Virus record (IMG/VR): IMGVR_UViG_3300021400_000252
DNA length: 64,000 bases
Strand: one strand, 5' to 3'
DNA from: a virus
Lineage: Duplodnaviria > Caudoviricetes
The first letter of the stretch is position 1. Each line of letters opens with the position of its first letter. Positions 57,079 to 63,509 of this stretch are shown piece after piece. A program made the position numbers and the translations under genes. Under the pieces are notes generated by a model, which did no database searches, had not been told where the DNA came from, and saw nothing but the letters and a program-made list of their open reading frames with translations.

Positions 57079-57231
57079 GAGCCAAAGCTTATTTCAAATT
57101 TTCAGGGCACCTGCGTGTCGATGGTTCGAATCCATCCCTCCCGACCAGCTAATATAATTATTATATTAGTAGTTATATCTCGGGACGGTAGCTCAGTAGG
57201 TAGAGCAGCAGGATATAAATTTAGCTTGGCC
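57079..57231 (+). ncRNA. Bulged-stem repeat RNA, copy 2, with circularly permuted tRNA domain (YrlA-like)
   Basis: tRNA 3' half 57110-57147, hairpin linker, tRNA 5' half 57181-57212, enclosed by GAG-CCAA-A-GCT-TATTTC / T-AGC-TTGG-CC. Confidence 0.78.
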
Positions 57232-57239
57232 ATATTAAT

Positions 57240-57316
57240 GGTGTCATAGTTTAGTTGGTTAGAATGCCGGCCTGTCACGTCGGAGATCGCGGGTTCGAGT
57301 CCCGCTGGCACCGCCA
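57240..57316 (+). tRNA. tRNA-Asp(GTC)
   Basis: Canonical cloverleaf, G73, CCA. Confidence 0.95.
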
Positions 57317-57321
57317 TAACT

Positions 57322-57398
57322 CGGGATGTAGGCCAGTTGGTTAAGTCGCTGGTTTTGGGAACCAGAAATCGAGTGTTCGAGTCACTCCATTCCGACCA
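57322..57398 (+). tRNA. tRNA-Pro(TGG)
   Basis: C1-G72, loop TT TGG GA, CCA. Confidence 0.9.
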
Positions 57399-57440
57399 AA
57401 TAAGTTGTGGGTATAATAAGACTTGAAACCCTCGAAAAGT

Positions 57441-57515
57441 GTGCGAGTCGTTTAATGGTTAGGACTTCTGCCTTCCAAGCAGATGATGCCGGTTCGATTC
57501 CGGTCTCGTGCTCCA
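57441..57515 (+). tRNA. tRNA-Gly(TCC)
   Basis: Cloverleaf, U73, CCA. Confidence 0.92.
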
Positions 57516-57546
57516 GTAACAAAAATCTTTAAAGGAGAATAATGTC

Positions 57547-57618
57547 ATGGAATATTATTATTATTATCGATATTGCATTAAAAATTTAATAACTATATTT
57601 CGTGGCGTAGTTCGTTAA
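57547..57618 (+). CDS. 23-aa Tyr-run leader peptide overlapping atypical tRNA-Tyr
   Basis: AAAGGAG RBS 9 nt upstream; MEYYYYYRYCIKNLITIFRGVVR. Confidence 0.65.
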   Translation: MEYYYYYRYCIKNLITIFRGVVR

Positions 57619-57685
57619 AGAGGCGAGGAAGTCCGTAAAACTTTCATCTTAGATCCGCTGGGAGCATTACCCAGAGCCACGACCA
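57601..57685 (+). tRNA. Atypical tRNA-Tyr(GTA), AGCATTA T loop, C33
   Basis: CGTGGC/GCCACG acceptor, GAAGT-CC GTA AA-ACTTT, CTGGG/CCCAG T stem, CCA. Confidence 0.68.
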
Positions 57686-57689
57686 CTAT

Positions 57690-57774
57690 GGCCAGATAGT
57701 CTAGCGGCAATGACTGGAGACTGTAAATCTCCTCCCTTCGGGGTTCGTAGGTTCGAGTCCTACTCTGGCCACCA
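57690..57774 (+). tRNA. tRNA-Tyr(GTA)
   Basis: Canonical bacterial Tyr with variable arm, CCA. Confidence 0.94.
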
Positions 57775-57797
57775 TTTTATTGTATTATATATTATAT

Positions 57798-57872
57798 GTG
57801 GTAGTAGTATAACGGTTATTATACCTGGTTGCCATCCAGGAGATGGCGGTTCGATTCCGCTCTATCACTCCA
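57798..57872 (+). tRNA. tRNA-Gly(GCC)
   Basis: Cloverleaf, U73, CCA. Confidence 0.92.
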
Positions 57873-58067
57873 TAAATAGATATTATAAGGTACCTATAAT
57901 ATTCAGTGAAACTCTGATAGTGGTAAAAATACTTTATACTAATTGCAATGTCGTATAGAGTCACTTTGTCCGTACCGGTGAGGTCACACAATAAACTGTA
58001 TTCATCGGCCCATTTAAAAATAATTATTATATTAATAATATTAAATATAAAAAGGAAGTGTTTTATC

Positions 58068-58493
58068 ATGAGTAGTACAAGTATGTACTGGCGTGTTCAT
58101 AGTGACATGCAAACAGCAAGAAAAGAAAAGAATGAAGTTAATAAGAGCATCTTATCATTGCTTTATAGTGAGTTAAATAAGAAAGCTATTGAGTTAAGAG
58201 TTGAAGAGTTAACAGATGCAGATTCTACTAATGTAATCAAGAAATTTGCTAAGCAATTAGATGAAGAGATTGAGTCTAATGTAAAAGTTGGTAGAACAGA
58301 AAAAGCAAACGAATTAACTTATCAAAAGAATTTAATTCAAACATATTTACCTAAGCAATTAAGTGAAACTGAAATTAAAGATATTTTAGCTACTCTAGAG
58401 GATAAATCAATTCCTTCAGTAATGAAATACTTTAAGACAAATTATAATGGCTTAGTAGATATGAGCTTAGTAAGCAAGTTAGCAAGAATGTAA
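58068..58493 (+). CDS. GatB/YqeY domain protein
   Basis: AAGGAAG RBS before ATG 58068; YLPKQLSETEI, VMKY...GLVDM. Confidence 0.85.
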   Translation: MSSTSMYWRVHSDMQTARKEKNEVNKSILSLLYSELNKKAIELRVEELTDADSTNVIKKFAKQLDEEIESNVKVGRTEKANELTYQKNLIQTYLPKQLSETEIKDILATLEDKSIPSVMKYFKTNYNGLVDMSLVSKLARM

Positions 58494-58564
58494 ATTTAAT
58501 AAGTTCTCCAAGACAAGATAAAGTCTATAAAACCTAACAAATTTTAGAATAAGGAGAACTTACA

Positions 58565-58630
58565 ATGAATTTCTTACGCAGAATTGCAGATTTATTCGTG
58601 ATGGTTTTGATGTCTAGTATTAACGACTAA
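58565..58630 (+). CDS. 21-aa leader peptide upstream of tRNA-Met
   Basis: AAGGAG RBS; MNFLRRIADLFVMVLMSSIND. Confidence 0.55.
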   Translation: MNFLRRIADLFVMVLMSSIND

Positions 58631-58650
58631 TTAAAACCATCTTTTTTCTT
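58600..58650 (+). terminator. Terminator overlapping leader ORF, ending at tRNA-Met 5' end
   Basis: GATGGTTTTGAT / ATTAAAACCATC 12-bp stem plus TTTTTT. Confidence 0.6.
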
Positions 58651-58729
58651 GGCTCGGTAGCACAATTGGCTAATGCACTCGGTTCATACCCGAGAGATTT
58701 TGTGAGTTCGACTCTCACCCGAGCCACCA
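58651..58729 (+). tRNA. tRNA-Met(CAT), elongator type
   Basis: G1-C72, loop TT CAT AC, CCA. Confidence 0.85.
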
Positions 58730-58752
58730 TGATATTGTATATTATACTGTAT

Positions 58753-58826
58753 AGGTGCGTCGTTCAATGGTAGGACTGTGGTCTCCAAAACCGCGTATGA
58801 GGGTTCGAATCCTTCCGTGCCTGCCA
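58753..58826 (+). tRNA. tRNA-Trp(CCA)
   Basis: A1-U72, G73, loop CT CCA AA. Confidence 0.93.
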
Positions 58827-58846
58827 TAAAGAAAGGATATGATATC

Positions 58847-59143
58847 ATGGAAGTATATTTTATATCAATGTTAAAAGGATGGGACAAATATGGTCCTACA
58901 GGTCTTAGAACTGTTGGCTATTTTGAAAGCTTTGATGAAGCAGAAGAAAGAGTTATAGGTAATGTGTGTGATTTATATGAAGATGGTTATTGGCCATATG
59001 CAATAATTGAAAACATTGAACCTGGCTTATATCAAATTTGTGAACATCCAATATTTTATAAGTTTAACAAAGAAAAAGAACAATTTGAAAAGATTGATTT
59101 TCCAGAAGAACTTCAAATGTTTAGAGGTTTTACTATCGGGTAG
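58847..59143 (+). CDS. Hypothetical phage protein (98 aa)
   Basis: Track start overlaps tRNA-Trp; AAGGA RBS supports ATG 58847; RTVGYF...CDLYE...YAIIE. Confidence 0.72.
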   Translation: MEVYFISMLKGWDKYGPTGLRTVGYFESFDEAEERVIGNVCDLYEDGYWPYAIIENIEPGLYQICEHPIFYKFNKEKEQFEKIDFPEELQMFRGFTIG

Positions 59144-59153
59144 GAGGTAAGCT

Positions 59154-59660
59154 ATGAATTACATATTCTTAGATGTAGATGGTGTTCTTAATAATGAGAC
59201 ATATTTTCGTCAACACTTAGATGATGATGGAATTTTAGACGAAGAAAATATTAAATTATTAGCTGATTTAGTAAGTAAAACTAATGCTAATGTAGTATTA
59301 TCTTCTTCTTGGCGTACTCTATTTACAGAAAAAGGAAATCCTAGACGTCCTATCTTTGAAAATGGCACTCGTCGTGGTTTTGAATTAAAGAGACTATTAA
59401 AGAAATATGGAATTAAAATCATTGGTAGAACAGAGGTTGCTAAAAATAAATTTGGAGATTACTATGATGTTGGAGAACGTCCAGATGAGATCTTTAATTA
59501 TATAATGCATAACTTAACTGCTGGTGATAAATTTGTTATATTTGATGATGAAGATTTTAGAGGAGGTATGAAGAGATTTGCTAATAATTTTATCATTACT
59601 GATTGGAAGTATGGCTTACAAGAAAAAGATATCAAAAAAGCATTAAAGATATTATTATAA
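59154..59660 (+). CDS. HAD phosphatase of the Swiss-army-knife RNA-repair type
   Basis: IFLDVDGVLN, VVLSSSWR, FVIFDDE, GL. Confidence 0.85.
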   Translation: MNYIFLDVDGVLNNETYFRQHLDDDGILDEENIKLLADLVSKTNANVVLSSSWRTLFTEKGNPRRPIFENGTRRGFELKRLLKKYGIKIIGRTEVAKNKFGDYYDVGERPDEIFNYIMHNLTAGDKFVIFDDEDFRGGMKRFANNFIITDWKYGLQEKDIKKALKILL

Positions 59661-59684
59661 TGTTGTATAATAATATATGAACTT

Positions 59685-59775
59685 GGCGACTTACTCAAGC
59701 TGGTGAAGAGGACGCACTGCTAACGCGTTAGGCCGAGAGATCGGTGCGAGGGTTCGAACCCCTCAGTCGCCGCCA
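59685..59775 (+). tRNA. tRNA-Ser(GCT)
   Basis: Cloverleaf with long variable arm, G73, CCA. Confidence 0.93.
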
Positions 59776-60125
59776 AACAGTTGGTTGATTTAGTCACTAG
59801 GATACCAACACTCATTGGATGAAGACTAACGTCGCGAATGAGAGGTGAAGGAAGAGAATCTATCTTGGCAATTGCTATAGGATGGATTTTAAAGGATACG
59901 ACCTTCTACAAAGGATACCTAATCGTCCAAAAGTCCTTTTATTTAATTAAATATTAAAAATATATTTAAATTTTTTAAATAATATTGTATAATATATATG
60001 TGGATGCCTGAGTCTCTGAGTCGACGGTTAGATATCAGCCATTTAGCGATGGAAGTGATCTAATTATAGCGAAAGAGATAGCTACTGCAGAGCGAGCGTA
60101 CTACGGTCCCTCAGGCCTAATATAT

Positions 60126-60201
60126 TGCGGGCGAGTGAATGCGGTCTCACGCAGGGCTCATAACCCTGAAATACGCGGTTCGACTCCGCGGCCCGCAACC
60201 A
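60126..60201 (+). tRNA. Initiator-type tRNA-fMet(CAT)
   Basis: GGG/CCC at base of anticodon stem, loop CT CAT AA, T1-A72, CCA. Confidence 0.85.
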
Positions 60202-60238
60202 ATCGGTTGGGAATGGCAAACCCTCAAGCTCAGTTACC

Positions 60239-60576
60239 GATGCCAGAAAGACGATGCGATCGAGTTATTTATTTTCGATCTTAAATAAGATAATAGATCT
60301 GGAAATCTGGTTGGCTAGTTGGCGTGAACCTAGAAATAGGAGCGTTTGCAACAGACCTACAAGATGCGATCGTGAGTAGGCAAGCACAGGCAAGAGACAG
60401 AGAATGGGATGCTTTTAAATGTAAGCTACGGTTGAGTCATTCTGCAGAGGACACAAGGGTCACCAAGGATCAAAGACCAAAACACGGGTTGATAGTTTAA
60501 AATGGTAAAACGCCGGCATGAATGTCGGAAATGTTGTTCGAGACGATAATACCCACCAGGTTACGGTTCTGGCATC
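60239..60576 (+). ncRNA. Unidentified structured RNA with embedded tRNA-like domain
   Basis: GATGCCAGAA/TTCTGGCATC closing stem; GC-rich, no long ORF; tRNA-like 60486-60558. Confidence 0.5.
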
Positions 60577-60659
60577 TACACAAGCCATGGTTAGGAAGAT
60601 GCTAGCTTTAGCTAAAATATTGGCTAAATTATAAGTATTAAAATTTTATATGGAGACTA

Positions 60660-60791
60660 ATGATGGTAGTAACATTAATTTGTACTGCTATTATCTTAAT
60701 TGCATTTGGTTTTGCAGCTCATTATATTGATTCTTCTTATGAAGATTTCAAAGAATATATGGAAACTCAAAATAAATACAATGATAGATAG
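60660..60791 (+). CDS. 43-aa single-pass membrane peptide (not in ORF track)
   Basis: GGAG RBS; MMVVTLICTAIILIAFGFAAHY...; GGCTAAATTA upstream at 60622. Confidence 0.6.
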   Translation: MMVVTLICTAIILIAFGFAAHYIDSSYEDFKEYMETQNKYNDR

Positions 60792-60917
60792 TAACCTATA
60801 AATTTGCTTATAGCTAATTACTGTAAGCTAATTTTTAGAGATATCATGAAAACGTTTTCTTCAAATTCTCCAGAAAAATTTTAAAATTTATTGTATAATA
60901 TAATGATCAAATAATTA

Positions 60918-60999
60918 GAGGCTATACTTATTTCTTAAAAGTAGGTTATCACAGGTTCGAATCCTGTATCCGCCACTCGGCAGATATGTTAGTTAGTCC
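60918..60999 (+). ncRNA. Bulged-stem repeat RNA, copy 3, with T arm plus loop-closed acceptor stem
   Basis: GAG-GCTA-T-ACT-TATTTC...ACAGG TTCGAAT CCTGT ATCCGCC-ACTC-GGCAGAT...T-AGT-TAGT-CC. Confidence 0.75.
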
Positions 61000-61025
61000 T
61001 ATATTATTTGCTAAATTATGATGTA

Positions 61026-61122
61026 GAGGCTGTACTTATTTCTGAAGTTAAACAACTAATACAATATGAGATACTTGGATCATATGATCAAAGTGGTCTC
61101 ATATATCAAATTTAGTCAGTCC
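61026..61122 (+). ncRNA. Bulged-stem repeat RNA, copy 4
   Basis: GAG-GCTG-T-ACT-TATTTC...long hairpin...T-AGT-CAGT-CC; TTGCTAAATTA at 61008. Confidence 0.7.
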
Positions 61123-61145
61123 ATTAATTTAATAAAAAATTATTC

Positions 61146-61204
61146 GAGCCTATACTTATTTCGAAAAATTATAGAAGATCATGGAAAATACAGTTAGTTG
61201 GGCC
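61146..61204 (+). ncRNA. Bulged-stem repeat RNA, copy 5
   Basis: GAG-CCTA-T-ACT-TATTTC...T-AGT-TGGG-CC. Confidence 0.7.
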
Positions 61205-61229
61205 AATATAATTTACAAAAATATTCCTA

Positions 61230-61289
61230 GAGTTTATGCTTATTTCTCAAATAAAAAATAATAGGTTGATAGTAAGTAGTAGCTAAACC
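61230..61289 (+). ncRNA. Bulged-stem repeat RNA, copy 6
   Basis: GAG-TTTA-T-GCT-TATTTC...T-AGC-TAAA-CC. Confidence 0.7.
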
Positions 61290-61387
61290 AGAGAATATAA
61301 ATTTGAAAATTATTTGGCTTCCGGCATGAGTGTTGGAAGCTTTTAATTTTATATAAATAGTTAAAAAAGAAAGGAAGATTTAAAACT

Positions 61388-63418
61388 ATGACAAAACAAG
61401 AAATTTTATTTAAGAGACATTATTTATTAGAGGAAGTAGGCGTAGAACCATCAGTTACTACTGCTTATTTAAATGCGTACTTATTAGCTAACTTTGGTAT
61501 CGAAGTGGATAAGCCAGCTAAGTTAACAAAAGGAATGATTAAGTTAATCTCTGATACTATGCATTTAGATGTTCCACATTCATTCTATGCTAACCCTCAA
61601 CATATGAGATACTTCACTTCTGAAGAGTTATTAATTGAACAATTAGTTTCATATTTAGTTGTTGAATGTACTGGTAATGGTGCTATAGATCCAGAGCACC
61701 CAGAAAAGTACGATAGAATTGAAGTATTTAAGAAAACATTACCTAACTATGTAGTTGGTGATGAAATTAAGTTAAGAAAGTTCAATATCTTAACTAATGA
61801 TGAAGCTGACGTAGAATTAACAAAGATTGCTAAGTCTTATGCTGAATATACTCGTCCACTTTCATTAGATGAGAATGATGAATTTATGTTCTTACTTGAG
61901 AATGGATATTTTAAGGATGAATTTGGTATTGCATGTAAGGAGACTGTCTTTACATTAATTGACAATGTCGACATTTCTTATGCTAGATTCTTAGATAAGA
62001 AGGATATTGTAAAATATTCAGTATTAAAGTTTGGTGAAAATAAGTCTTTCAAGGATTTATCTAAGGAAGATTTAGCAACATTAAACTTCATTAGACAATT
62101 AGCAACTTATGCTCATTATTGCCCACTTTCTAAGAAACAAGCAAAGATGTATAATAAGTTAATCAAAGTAGCTGGAATCGATGAGAAGAAAGTTTCTAAT
62201 GATAAATCTCCAGATAAGTTAGCTATGGCTAAGTTAGATGCTGGTGATATTGTTGGTGCTGCAAAGATTTATGCTAAAAATGGTTCTATGTTAGAAAGAC
62301 ATATTAAGATGTTATTATCAAGAGCTAATCCAAGAGAAGCTATTGAAATCTTAGATTTATTACCAGCTAAGAATCCGATTGCATTATACCAAATGGTTGC
62401 AAATATGCAAGCTGATGGAAACGAAGCAAGAGTATTCTCATTCAAGAAACGTAATCTAACTAAGACTCATGTTGAAACTGAGTATGAAACTAAGTGGAGA
62501 AAGTCTAGATTAACTGAAGGTACTAAGAAATTATTACATGATGAAGCTTTAAATAAGATTGATGATCACTATAGTGAATTACCATCTTTAGGAAAGATCT
62601 ATATCAATCCAAACTTCTACAGAACTATGATTCCAACTAATACTTCAGCATCTGGTCAAGGTTTAGATGTACCTCCAACAGGTTCAAGAATTGCTATCAG
62701 AGGAACTGCTATTAGAACATTCGTTCGTTGGAAAGATATCCACGATGTAGATGCAGACTTCTCTGCTATTAAGGTTGATAAGTTTGGTAATTGTACATTT
62801 GGTAATTATATGTACTTCGGAAATTATCACGAAAAGCCATTTGGTAACGACGCATTATTCTCAGGTGATGATCGTTCAGCTAATGGTTGTGAATATGTTG
62901 ATATTGAATTAGAAGGTATGAAGAAACAAGGATATAGATACATTGTATTTGCATTCCATGGTTTTGCTGGAAAGTTCAACAACTGTGAAGTTGTTTGTGG
63001 ATATCAAGATAAGACTAACTTAGCAACTAAGGCTTGGGATCCAAAGAATATCGAATTCCAATTCAGAGTTCGTGGTGATTCAAGTGTTTGTCAAGCATTT
63101 GCTATTGACTTAGAGACTAAAGAAATTATTGTATTAAATCAAATGGACGACAGCATATCAAGAGTTGTAGATAAAAATACATTCAAGAGTGTTGCAAGAT
63201 ATTTAAACGATTCAGCTTTAGATCTATCTATGGGTAGAATTCTAGAACACCGTGGTGAAGTTGTAGCTACTCCTGAGGAAGCTGACATTGTGTTCGATAA
63301 TGAATATCAACCAACTGAGTCTCAAGTTGCAGTACGTTCTTACAATGTTGAAACATTAGTTTCTCTTGTAAATGATGGTACTATTGAATTACCAAAGAAG
63401 GAAATAGTAGAGGAGTAA
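61388..63418 (+). CDS. 676-aa protein, helical N-terminus plus TerD-like C-terminal domain
   Basis: IRTFVRW...DVDADF...FSGDD...GCEYVDIEL...RYIVF. Confidence 0.6.
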   Translation: MTKQEILFKRHYLLEEVGVEPSVTTAYLNAYLLANFGIEVDKPAKLTKGMIKLISDTMHLDVPHSFYANPQHMRYFTSEELLIEQLVSYLVVECTGNGAIDPEHPEKYDRIEVFKKTLPNYVVGDEIKLRKFNILTNDEADVELTKIAKSYAEYTRPLSLDENDEFMFLLENGYFKDEFGIACKETVFTLIDNVDISYARFLDKKDIVKYSVLKFGENKSFKDLSKEDLATLNFIRQLATYAHYCPLSKKQAKMYNKLIKVAGIDEKKVSNDKSPDKLAMAKLDAGDIVGAAKIYAKNGSMLERHIKMLLSRANPREAIEILDLLPAKNPIALYQMVANMQADGNEARVFSFKKRNLTKTHVETEYETKWRKSRLTEGTKKLLHDEALNKIDDHYSELPSLGKIYINPNFYRTMIPTNTSASGQGLDVPPTGSRIAIRGTAIRTFVRWKDIHDVDADFSAIKVDKFGNCTFGNYMYFGNYHEKPFGNDALFSGDDRSANGCEYVDIELEGMKKQGYRYIVFAFHGFAGKFNNCEVVCGYQDKTNLATKAWDPKNIEFQFRVRGDSSVCQAFAIDLETKEIIVLNQMDDSISRVVDKNTFKSVARYLNDSALDLSMGRILEHRGEVVATPEEADIVFDNEYQPTESQVAVRSYNVETLVSLVNDGTIELPKKEIVEE

Positions 63419-63445
63419 AATCCTTTACTATTTTCTAAAAAAGTA

Positions 63446-63474
63446 TTTACAAACATTAAAAAATGTTGTATAAT
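63446..63474 (+). promoter_or_regulatory. Sigma70/SigA-type promoter
   Basis: TTTACA-17 nt-TATAAT. Confidence 0.75.
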
Positions 63475-63509
63475 ATAAATGAAATATGGAAAGTGAGGTG
63501 AATATAGCT

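Noticed and set aside
57710-58846. Track ORF 57710-57958 and extended starts at 57948 and 58778
   Set aside because: They overlap tRNA genes or structured spacers; RBS-supported starts are 58068 and 58847
1668-59698. Minus-strand and alternative-frame ORFs in the track (for example 33888-34403, 20081-20392, 13246-13515)
   Set aside because: Shadows of + strand low-complexity genes or tRNAs, with no RBS or motifs
59811-59845. HDV-like (theta) or hammerhead ribozyme
   Set aside because: GCGAATGAG resembles J4/2-P2, but there is no room for P1/P3 and no CUGANGA core; none seen after the suppressor tRNA either
60918-61289. CRISPR array
   Set aside because: Repeats are two covarying arms enclosing inserts of very unequal length, two copies lie kilobases away, and no cas genes are present
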